64,000 nucleotides of DNA from positions 4,925 to 68,924 of the forward strand of contig DAIUFS010000004.1 of assembly GCA_036844485.1 (NCBI GenBank), read 5' to 3'. The DNA is from Candidatus Dormiibacterota bacterium (GTDB taxonomy: Bacteria; Chloroflexota; Dormibacteria; Aeolococcales; Aeolococcaceae). The notes beneath the pieces were generated by a model. That model was given only the letters and a program-made list of their open reading frames with translations, did not search any database and was not told the DNA's origin. Made by a program: the position numbers and the translations under genes. Shown one piece after another: positions 7,747 to 15,836 of the stretch (position 1 is the first letter of the stretch; each line of letters begins with the position of its first letter).

Positions 7747-10583
7747 CGTGCTCCCGTGGCCGCATGGATGACGGAGTCGGTCAACCTGCTCAGCCCCAGC
7801 GCCAGGTCGCCACGGATGTGCAGCCGGATGACTCGGCGACCGTGGTCTCGCAGTGATTGCAGGTCACCCTGCGCCTGCGCCTGCTTGAGGATCGAGAAGC
7901 TGAAGGGCTGGCCGGGTATGGACACATCGACCGCATCGTCGGCCGTGACCTGAATGTACAGGCCACTGTTCGGGCCACCCTTGTGCAGCTGTCCCGTGCT
8001 GTGCAGGAAGCGCGGGCCGAATCCGAGCGTGGTGGCGACGCGGTGCTCGTCACGGATGGCCACCCGCAGGCGCTGCAGGGCCGCCTCGTTCTCGCTGCTG
8101 GGGGTGACGTACGCCATCAGTGCCACGTAGTCCCCGGGGCGAACGGCGGAGAGGAACTCCGTCAGTGTGCTGTCGATGTCCTGGCGTCCGGGGGCGCCGA
8201 AGACAGAGATGCCGTCGTCGGTCGCGGACGCTGACTCGTCGGCGAGTCGGCCCGTCTTGACGTAGTGGTCGAGGACACGCCGGGTGTTGTCTTTGGACTC
8301 CTTGACGTTGGGCTCGTCGAACGGGTCGATGCCCAGCGCCGCCCCCGCGACGGCGGTGGCGAACTCCCACCGGAAGAACTCGGCCGCCAGGTCGAGGAGG
8401 TCATCCAGCTGCATGGTCACGGCGGGAAGTCCGGCACTGCGCAGCGCCCCCACCTCGGCATCGAAGTCGGGGTCGTCGTCGCGCAGGCGGAGCACGGTGA
8501 GGATGCGGTCGTCGCCGTAGACGCTGGGCTCGCCGATGGGCTCGTCGCCGATGGGGATCAGCCCCTTGCCCTCCTTGCCCGTGCTCTCGGCGATGAGCTG
8601 TTCCGCCCACAGCGAGAATGCGGCGATCCGCGCCGGCGCCAGGATGGTGACCTTGTCGCGCCCGCTGCGCCGGAGCAGCCCCAGCACAGTTCCCAGCGCG
8701 AGACCGGGGTTGAGGTCGGCCGGAATGCCGGGGCGCGATTGCCGGCGCATCTGGTCGGCGCGGTCGAGGAACGCCTCGATATCGATTCCGATGATCGCCG
8801 CCGGCACCAGGCCAAAGAAGCTGAGCGCCGAGTAGCGACCACCGATATCGGGAGGATTCTCGAACAGGTGCCGGAAGTTCCGGTCGCGTGCGGTGTCGGC
8901 CAGCGGCGATCCAGGGTCGGTGACGCAGATGAAATGCTGCCCCGCGTCGACGATTCCGGCGGACGTCACCCACTCCCAGAAGTGGGCCAGATGGCTGAGC
9001 GTCTCCAGGGTGGTCCCCGATTTCGAGGCCACGATGAAGAGCGTCGTCCGCGGGTCGAGCCGATCTGTGAGTTGGGCGATGGCAGCCGGATCGGTGGTGT
9101 CGAGGACGTGCAGCTCGGGCTGGCCGGCGGCGCTGCCGAATGAGCTCCGCAGCACCTCCGGGCACAGGCTGCTTCCGCCCATGCCCAGCAGGACGCAGTT
9201 GCGCATGCCGGCCTGCTGCACCTCGGTGGAGAGGCCGATGAGGCGAGGCAGCGCCTCGCGCATGGTGTCGATGACGTCGAGCCATCCGAGACGGTCGCCG
9301 ATGACCTTGGCATGGGCCGGGTCACCCGGCTTCCAGAGGTCGGGGTCGCGGTCCCAGATCCGGCGCGCCACATCACGGTTGGTATCGCTGGCCACGGCCG
9401 CGGCCACCGTTTCGGTGCTCGCAGCCAGGTCGAGGTGCTGGCGGCTGCCGTAGCCGCGGTGCATGGCGTCCACCTTCTCGGCGATGCCGCGGATGAGCTG
9501 GTCATACGAGTCCGAGAATGACCTGACCCCGGCCGCGAGCAGATCGGCGGTGACCTTGTCCATGTCGATTCCGACCTCGGCGAGCTGTTCCATCACCCGG
9601 TGTGCGCCCGCATAGTCGCGGTTGACGGTGCTGCCGGTGACCTGTCCATGGTCGCGGAAGGCGGTGACCGTCGCCGGCGGCATCGTGTCGACGGTGTCCG
9701 GCCCCACCAGGGCCTCGGCGTAGACGACGTCGCGGTACTTGGGATTCTTGGCGCTGGTGCTGGCCCAGAGAGGGCGCTGCACGTGCGCGCCGGCCTGCGC
9801 CAGCGGCGCGAATTCCGGCCCGCGGAAATAGTGTTCGAACTTCTCATAGGCGAGCACGGCGTTGGCGATCGCCGCCTTCCCATACAGCTCCTCGAGGGTG
9901 GCGTTGCCGGGGTCTGCCGCCAGCTTCTCGTCGATCAGCTTGTCAACCGCGGTGTCGACTCGACTCACGAAGAACGAGGCCACGGAATGAACGTCGGGTG
10001 ACTCCCCCTTGGGCTGTCGCGCCCGCAGCGCGCTCAGGTACGCGTGGATGACCGAGTCGTACGCCTCCAGAGCGAAGATGAGCGTGATGTTGATGTTGAC
10101 GCCGGCCGTCAGGGCGCGCTCGACCGCGGGCACACCCTCGGGTGTGGCGGGGATCTTCACCATGAGGTTGGGTCGGTCGACGCGCCGTGCGAAGTCCAGG
10201 GCGAGGGTGGTGCTCCGCTCGGTGTCGTGGGCCACCTCAGGCGGCAGCTCGAGGCTCACGTAGCCGTCAGCGCCACCCGTGCGATCGTGGACGGGGCGGA
10301 GGACGTCCGCGGCCAGCTGGATGTCGGTGACCGCCAGCGCCATGAAGATGTCGTGGGGATCGTCGACGCCCGAAGCAAGCAGCTCGCGGATCTGGTCGTC
10401 GTACTGGGTTCCGTCCGCGATGGCCTTCTCGAAGATGGTGGGATTGCTGGTCATCCCGGTGACGTTGTCCTCGGCGATCATCCGCTCCAGCTCGCCGCTG
10501 GTCAGCAACTCGCGGCTGATGTAGTCGAGCCAGATGGACTGCCCCTGCTCAGCCAGCTGCTGCAGCGGGTTCGATGCAGCCAT
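7743..10583 (-). CDS. bifunctional transaldolase / glucose-6-phosphate isomerase (fusion protein)
   Basis: 946 aa. The N-terminal ~370 aa is transaldolase (QSIWLDYISRELL, VTGMTSNPTIFEKA, MVKIPAT). The C-terminal ~550 aa is PGI-like (LLGMGGSSLCPEV, ASKSGTTLETL, GRYSALS, STGKEG). Confidence 0.9.
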   Translation of the reverse strand: MAASNPLQQLAEQGQSIWLDYISRELLTSGELERMIAEDNVTGMTSNPTIFEKAIADGTQYDDQIRELLASGVDDPHDIFMALAVTDIQLAADVLRPVHDRTGGADGYVSLELPPEVAHDTERSTTLALDFARRVDRPNLMVKIPATPEGVPAVERALTAGVNINITLIFALEAYDSVIHAYLSALRARQPKGESPDVHSVASFFVSRVDTAVDKLIDEKLAADPGNATLEELYGKAAIANAVLAYEKFEHYFRGPEFAPLAQAGAHVQRPLWASTSAKNPKYRDVVYAEALVGPDTVDTMPPATVTAFRDHGQVTGSTVNRDYAGAHRVMEQLAEVGIDMDKVTADLLAAGVRSFSDSYDQLIRGIAEKVDAMHRGYGSRQHLDLAASTETVAAAVASDTNRDVARRIWDRDPDLWKPGDPAHAKVIGDRLGWLDVIDTMREALPRLIGLSTEVQQAGMRNCVLLGMGGSSLCPEVLRSSFGSAAGQPELHVLDTTDPAAIAQLTDRLDPRTTLFIVASKSGTTLETLSHLAHFWEWVTSAGIVDAGQHFICVTDPGSPLADTARDRNFRHLFENPPDIGGRYSALSFFGLVPAAIIGIDIEAFLDRADQMRRQSRPGIPADLNPGLALGTVLGLLRRSGRDKVTILAPARIAAFSLWAEQLIAESTGKEGKGLIPIGDEPIGEPSVYGDDRILTVLRLRDDDPDFDAEVGALRSAGLPAVTMQLDDLLDLAAEFFRWEFATAVAGAALGIDPFDEPNVKESKDNTRRVLDHYVKTGRLADESASATDDGISVFGAPGRQDIDSTLTEFLSAVRPGDYVALMAYVTPSSENEAALQRLRVAIRDEHRVATTLGFGPRFLHSTGQLHKGGPNSGLYIQVTADDAVDVSIPGQPFSFSILKQAQAQGDLQSLRDHGRRVIRLHIRGDLALGLSRLTDSVIHAATGAR

Positions 10584-12524
10584 TCAGCCCACCTCGGAGG
10601 GGAACGAGCGCGCCGCGGCCACGATGGCGTCAGCGTCGATGCCGGCGGCGGCCATCAGCTCGGCAGGCGTTCCCGACCCGGGCAGGTCGCGCACAGCGAG
10701 ATGCACGACGCGCGGCGGGTGATCGTCGCCGGCGAGTGCCTCGAGCACAGCCGCAGCGATGCCTCCCTCGGGATAGTGGTCCTCGACGACGACGAACCGT
10801 CCCCCGGTGCTGCGTGAGGCCTCGCGGAGAACATCGGCGTCGACCGGCTTGACGGAGTAGAGGTCGATGACCCGGCAGGACACGCCCTCGCCGGCCAGCC
10901 GGTCGGCTGCGTCCAGGCAGTGATGCAGGGTCACGCCCGCACCGACGAGGGTGATGGTGTCGGACCCGCTGCTGCGCACCACCTTGCAGCCGCCCACGGG
11001 AAATTCCGCATCGTTGTCATAGATGGTCGGGTAGGCGCCGCGCGTGGTGCGCAGATAGACGATACCGCCGGTCTCGGCCATCTCGGCGACCAGCTTGGCG
11101 GTGGACACCGGGTCGCTCGGATACAGCACCGTCGAACCGTGCACGGCGCGCAGTGATGCCAGGTCCTCCAGCGCCATCTGCGAGGGCCCGTCGGCGCCGA
11201 TCTCGCACCCGGCATGCGAACCGGACAGGCGGATATTGGCGCCGGAGACGCCCGCCATACGCACGAAGTCATAGGCGCGGCTGAAGAATGCGGCGAATGT
11301 CGAGGCGAAGGGCACGAGGCGGCGCACGCTCATGCCGACCGCCGCGGCGAGCAGTTGCTGCTCGGCGATGAACATCTCGAAGAAGCGATCGGGATGCGCC
11401 GTCTTGAACTCTTCGGAGTGCGTCGAGTTGCTCACCTCGCCGTCGAGTGCGACCACGTCCGGGCGAGCACCGAGGGCCGCCAGCGCATCGCCATATGCCT
11501 TGCGGGTGGCCACCTTGTCCTCCTTCGAGTAGGCGGGCAGCGCGATCGACAGGCCCGTGCCGCCACGGCGCACCGCCGATTCGCCGGGTTCTGGGCGGGG
11601 CGTGTCCGCGCGGAGGTTGCGCACCCCGCCGAGCTCTGCGATGGCGCGCTCCGCCATGTCCTCGGGAAGCGCCTTGCCATGCCAGCCGTCCTTGTTCTCG
11701 ATCTCACTGAAGCCCTTGCCCTTGATGGTCCGCGCCAGGACGACGGTGGGCCGCTCGCGCTCCGCCCGGCAACTGCCCAGCGCCTCGTCGATCTGCTCGA
11801 TGTCGTGGCCGTCGATGACCAGTGCTCGGCAGCCGAAGGCCTCGACACGGCGCTGGTACGTGGCCATGTCCCACTCGAATTCCGTGGGGCCGCGCTGGCC
11901 GAGCCGGTTCACGTCGACGATGGCCGTGAAGTTGGTCAGCCCGTAGTAGCCTGCCTTGTCGAGGCCCTCCCAGATCGAACCCTCGGCGATCTCGGAGTCG
12001 CCGCAGACTGTCCAGACGTGGAAGGGCAGCCTGTCCACTGCGCGACCCGCCAGAGCCACACCCACCGCGATGGGCAGGCCCTGCCCGAGCGAGCCGGTGG
12101 CCACGTCGACCCACGGCAGGATCGGCGTGGGGTGGCCCTGAAGTCGTGAGCCATGGGTGCGGTAGGTCATCAGCTCCGCGTCGTCGATCGCTCCGCAGGC
12201 TTTGAACACGGCATAGATGAGGGGGGACGCATGGCCCTTGGAGAAGATGAGGTGGTCGTTGTTGTCGAGCGTGGGGTTCTGCCAGTCGTAGTGAAGATGG
12301 CGGGCGACCAGAACTGCGAGCAGGTCACTGGCCGACATGCTCGAGGTGGGATGACCCGAGCCCGCTTTGGTGCTGGCCCGAATCCCATCCACGCGGAGCT
12401 GCTGGCCGAGGTCGCGCAGGAATGCGAGATCCTCGGCGGTCAGGCCTTTCTCGAGGCTGTCTGTCATCGCCATGGTCGCGACCTCCCGCGGAGTGGCCTT
12501 CACGATTTGCGCTCCACCCATCAT
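10584..12524 (-). CDS. tkt: transketolase
   Basis: 646-aa ORF with SGHPTSSMSASD, GSLGQGLPIAVG, CGDSEIAEGSIWE and FIAEQQ motifs. The start is uncertain; internal ATGs at 12473 and 12467 are also possible. It abuts the tal-pgi start with no gap. Confidence 0.9.
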   Translation of the reverse strand: MMGGAQIVKATPREVATMAMTDSLEKGLTAEDLAFLRDLGQQLRVDGIRASTKAGSGHPTSSMSASDLLAVLVARHLHYDWQNPTLDNNDHLIFSKGHASPLIYAVFKACGAIDDAELMTYRTHGSRLQGHPTPILPWVDVATGSLGQGLPIAVGVALAGRAVDRLPFHVWTVCGDSEIAEGSIWEGLDKAGYYGLTNFTAIVDVNRLGQRGPTEFEWDMATYQRRVEAFGCRALVIDGHDIEQIDEALGSCRAERERPTVVLARTIKGKGFSEIENKDGWHGKALPEDMAERAIAELGGVRNLRADTPRPEPGESAVRRGGTGLSIALPAYSKEDKVATRKAYGDALAALGARPDVVALDGEVSNSTHSEEFKTAHPDRFFEMFIAEQQLLAAAVGMSVRRLVPFASTFAAFFSRAYDFVRMAGVSGANIRLSGSHAGCEIGADGPSQMALEDLASLRAVHGSTVLYPSDPVSTAKLVAEMAETGGIVYLRTTRGAYPTIYDNDAEFPVGGCKVVRSSGSDTITLVGAGVTLHHCLDAADRLAGEGVSCRVIDLYSVKPVDADVLREASRSTGGRFVVVEDHYPEGGIAAAVLEALAGDDHPPRVVHLAVRDLPGSGTPAELMAAAGIDADAIVAAARSFPSEVG

Positions 12525-12614
12525 GCCGCGCAGGCCTCCGCCAGCGCAGCCGGCGCCTCCGGAGGCCGGCGAGCGCTCGTGTACACTCGGAGACCGCTCC
12601 GAACTCGGAGCCGC

Positions 12615-12693
<79 letters not shown>

Positions 12694-12777
12694 CTCCCTT
12701 CAGATGGGGGGGTTCGTATTCGAACCAGTCCCTCCACGGGGCTTCCCAACGCCGTAGCAATAGGGTACCATCTGCAT

Positions 12778-13743
12778 GTGTCAACCGCTACAGTACACAG
12801 CCTCCGACGCCAAAGGCTCTCTCCACCCGACCCGAGCCCATTCGAGCGGCTGATCGGCGACTACCTCCAGGAGCAACGCGCGGCCGGCGCCGCACCGAAG
12901 ACAATCCAGGTCTACGGGTATGCACTGGAGACGGTCATGCTCCCGGCCTTCCGCGACGCCGGGGTGAGCGAGCCCTCACAACTGACAAACCGCCACCTCA
13001 ATGACTTAGTCATCGGGCTGCTCGACGGCACCCGCTCCCGGTCCGGCCGCCCCCTGGCCAAGGCGAGCGTCCACAGCTACACCCGGGCGATCAATGCCTT
13101 CCTGGCCTGGGCCTCCGCTCAGGGCGAGGCGGTCACAGCCAAGGCACAGCGACCGAAGCCCGGCAAGCGCGTGCTGGACGTCCTCAACCGAGACGAGGTC
13201 CGAGCCATGGAGGATGCGGCCTCGGACGAGCGCGACAAGCTCATCGTCCGCGTCCTCGCCGACACTGGCATCCGGCTCGGCGAGCTGCTCAAGTTGACCG
13301 CCGGCGACCTGCTCCTCGAGGGTCGGAAGAACTACCTCAAGATCCAGGGCAAGGGTGACTCACAGCGCAAGGTACCGATCCAGCCGGCTCTCGCCGCTCG
13401 TCTCAGCCGCTACGTCCAGCGCACCCGGAAGGAATCCCGAAGCTCGCTGATCTTTCTGACCAGTCGGCGCCGGCCTTCCACGCAAGAGTACGAGCCCCTC
13501 ACAGATTCGGGCACGCAGCAGATGGTCAGGAACCTCGCACTCCAAGCCGGCCTCACCAAGCGGGTCTACCCCCACCTCTTCCGGCACAGCTTCGTCACCG
13601 AGCAACTGCGGCGGGGCATCAGTCCGATCCTCCTGGCTCAGATCGTCGGGCACACGTCATTGACGATGATCAACGAGGTCTACCAGCACCTGAACCAAGA
13701 CGATGCCCACGACGCTCTGATGAGGTCGCTGCTCGCCGACTGA
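12778..13743 (+). CDS. tyrosine recombinase / phage integrase (XerC/D-like)
   Basis: 321 aa. The N-terminal SAM-like domain is followed by a catalytic region (ADTGIRLGELL...HLFRHSFVTEQL...GHTSLTMINEVYQHL), consistent with the R..HxxR..Y signature. GTG start. Confidence 0.9.
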   Translation: MSTATVHSLRRQRLSPPDPSPFERLIGDYLQEQRAAGAAPKTIQVYGYALETVMLPAFRDAGVSEPSQLTNRHLNDLVIGLLDGTRSRSGRPLAKASVHSYTRAINAFLAWASAQGEAVTAKAQRPKPGKRVLDVLNRDEVRAMEDAASDERDKLIVRVLADTGIRLGELLKLTAGDLLLEGRKNYLKIQGKGDSQRKVPIQPALAARLSRYVQRTRKESRSSLIFLTSRRRPSTQEYEPLTDSGTQQMVRNLALQAGLTKRVYPHLFRHSFVTEQLRRGISPILLAQIVGHTSLTMINEVYQHLNQDDAHDALMRSLLAD

Positions 13744-14000
13744 CGGCAGTGAGTCGATCCAGGGCGCAGTCGAAGCACTCGCCCTCGAAGATGGCGTCGG
13801 CGGTCTGGCAGGTCACGCACAGGCCGAGGGACTGCCGGCGCGGCTCGCTGCGGAGAGTGGGTGGCGAACCGCCAGAGGGGGGCTCAGAAACGGCAGACGC
13901 ACGCCCACTCTCGCGCATGCCGGCGGACTATACGCTCCTTAGAGCGCGAGCGTATGCGGGCTAAGCGCGCCGGCCGTGCTGTGCGGTCCTGTCGCCGACC

Positions 14001-14018
14001 CGTTGCCAATTGGCAACG
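14001..14018. promoter_or_regulatory. perfect 18-bp palindrome, candidate operator upstream of the XRE gene
   Basis: CGTTGCCAATTGGCAACG is its own reverse complement. It lies 34 bp upstream of the GTG at 14053. A -10-like TAGACT at 14041-14046 sits 6 nt before the start codon, which suggests a leaderless transcript. Confidence 0.5.
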
Positions 14019-14052
14019 CTTGGACGACCGCGCCACTCCCTAGACTGCCCCT

Positions 14053-14238
14053 GTGGGAATACGCGAGCTTCGCGAGCGGGCGGGCTTGAGCCAGTCGGAC
14101 GTCGCCAAGCTGGTCGGGGTTCAGACCGCCACCGTCAGCCGTTGGGAGAACGACCACGACGTCCCCACATTGGCGAACCGACGCCGGTTGGCGCGTCTGT
14201 TCAAGGTCACGCTCGGAGAGCTTGGCCTCGGGGACTAG
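14053..14238 (+). CDS. XRE-family helix-turn-helix transcriptional regulator (Cro/CI-like)
   Basis: 61 aa: GIRELRERAGLSQSDVAKLVGVQTATVSRWENDHDVPTLANRRRLARLF, a classic HTH_3 pattern. Confidence 0.85.
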   Translation: MGIRELRERAGLSQSDVAKLVGVQTATVSRWENDHDVPTLANRRRLARLFKVTLGELGLGD

Positions 14239-14405
14239 AGTTGGCCCTAGCCAATCCGGGAGAGCCTCCGGCTGAGTGTCCCAGGTCATCGGAGGTCGGT
14301 TCCGGGCCTCCTAGGCACGCACAGCGGCACGCGATCGGTCTGTGCGGCGCCGTCGACGCGCTGAGGTACGAGTGGTGAAGGGTCACCCGCCTGGGTAGGC
14401 TGCGC

Positions 14406-14433
14406 AACCTCGTGGCAAGAATTCCACGAGGTT
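14406..14433. promoter_or_regulatory. perfect 10-bp inverted repeat (8-nt spacer) just upstream of the RBS of the next ORF
   Basis: AACCTCGTGG-caagaatt-CCACGAGGTT, followed by caGGAGGgccagccGTG. It could be a DNA operator or an RNA hairpin that affects the RBS. Confidence 0.5.
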
Positions 14434-14447
14434 CAGGAGGGCCAGCC

Positions 14448-14726
14448 GTGATCCAACTCTATGACCGTGACGCTGTTGAGGTGTCCGCGCTCCTGGCGGT
14501 CGTGGCCGACGACATCTTCAAGGGCGACACTGAGGGCACAAAGTCCGGGCCGCTGCTTGAGTCGAGGAATCGCCTGGCGAAGGCTGACTCAGCGGCGACG
14601 GCCGCTGACCATCCAAGTCAGCAAGGCCCCCTCGCAGCGGCTCGGCTGAAGTCCATCGTCGCCTCGATTGAGGAGCAGTTGCCGCCTGAGCGTCGAGCAT
14701 CTACCGCGAACGCTCAGAGGCCCTAG
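14448..14726 (+). CDS. hypothetical protein (element cargo)
   Basis: ORF track 14412..14726. I prefer the GTG at 14448 because a GGAGG lies 9 nt upstream. No recognisable domain. Confidence 0.45.
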   Translation: MIQLYDRDAVEVSALLAVVADDIFKGDTEGTKSGPLLESRNRLAKADSAATAADHPSQQGPLAAARLKSIVASIEEQLPPERRASTANAQRP

Positions 14727-15015
14727 CCAGGTTCGCTGTATCTCGGGCCGAGCGGGGCGCTGGAGACGCTTTCGCCCTTGCCTCCAGGCGTCCCGCTTCC
14801 CGTAGCGTACCCCGCCATCCGGCGACGCTGGGAAGGCGGCACGGGCGGCGACGGAGTGAGCGTCAGCCCGTGGCCGCCATCCCGGCGACCCTTTACCCCG
14901 CCTCAAGACGGGCCGCCCTCTTGGTCGTGTGGCTTCCAGGAGGGGCGGCGCCGCCATGGGACGGGAGCCCGGCTCGCCGCTTGCGCCCTTGGCGAGCCGG
15001 GGCCGTGTAGCAAGC

Positions 15016-15831
15016 CTACATGCCGATGGCGAGCAGGAACTCGTCCACCTCGCGCTGGCGCAGATGCGCGTCGACGGCAAAGCGGTCCGTCAATGAGCGC
15101 ATGCCCGCGGTGGCGCCGAGGTACGCTGGGAAGGTCACCGGGCCGAACTCCTGCATGTGGAGCTCGCGCACCGTCCGCTCCGGCAGTCCCTGCGGGTTGT
15201 AGTCGGAGCGGGTCGCCTTCTTGTTGTAGTCCTCGGCGGCCACGTTGAAGCGGAAGCTCGAGCCGTAGGCGCCGGCCCGGAGTCCGGGGGCGAGGTCGCG
15301 GTTGTAGGACGTGTCGAGCAGCGGCACCTCGTAGCGGACGCCGCGATCGTCCTCCTCGAGCAGCGACGGGATGCCGAGCACCTTGTCGCCGAGCTGGGGA
15401 TCCTTGCCGTGGTTGAACGTCACCTTCATGCGGCTGCCGTTGTCGGCGATCGTCCGTTGGAAGGCGCCCGGAGCCATGCGCTCCATGAAGTGGCCTTCGC
15501 GCTGCGACTTGATCTCCGTCCACTGGTTGAAGGTGGCCAGGTAGCCGGTGAGCGTGCCGGGGCCGGCGTCACCGTCGCCGGCGTCGCGGATCTCGCACCC
15601 GGAGATCGCTCGGATTAGCCCCTCGCGCGGGAGGCTGCGATGCTCGAGCTGCGAGAGGTCGGCCGAGTTCACCTCGGCGGCGTTCCCGACGACGTCGGTC
15701 CGGCCCGCCAGCATGGTGCCGCACTGGTCGCAGTAGATGGCGTCATCGTCGTCCATCCGTCCGCACACCGGACAGACGACGACATCGTCGCCGTCCGGGC
15801 TGTACGGCTCGGGCTGGTAACCGCCAGCCAT
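15016..15831 (-). CDS. HK97-family prohead (capsid maturation) protease with an N-terminal zinc ribbon
   Basis: Start at the ATG at 15831, 5 nt after the capsid stop. CPVCG...CDQCG zinc ribbon, followed by an HK97 protease-like core (GTLTGYLATFNQWTEI...EGHFMERMAPGAFQRTI...VTFNHGKDP...LGI...EDDRGVRYEVPL). Confidence 0.75.
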   Translation of the reverse strand: MAGGYQPEPYSPDGDDVVVCPVCGRMDDDDAIYCDQCGTMLAGRTDVVGNAAEVNSADLSQLEHRSLPREGLIRAISGCEIRDAGDGDAGPGTLTGYLATFNQWTEIKSQREGHFMERMAPGAFQRTIADNGSRMKVTFNHGKDPQLGDKVLGIPSLLEEDDRGVRYEVPLLDTSYNRDLAPGLRAGAYGSSFRFNVAAEDYNKKATRSDYNPQGLPERTVRELHMQEFGPVTFPAYLGATAGMRSLTDRFAVDAHLRQREVDEFLLAIGM

Positions 15832-15836
15832 CGCGG

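Noticed and set aside
12710-12725. GGTTCG-tatt-CGAACC hairpin just after tRNA-Arg/attL, considered as a terminator or integrase arm site
   Set aside because: The stem is only 6 bp with no U-tract. It may simply be chance or a tRNA T-arm-like remnant, and the evidence is insufficient to call a feature.
13670-13918. 82-aa minus-strand ORF with CVTC...CFDC, a possible excisionase or zinc ribbon next to the integrase
   Set aside because: The central part has good GC3, but the last ~24 codons run antisense through the integrase 3' end with poor codon bias. The N-terminus is low-complexity and no RBS is seen. It is kept only as a weak possibility.
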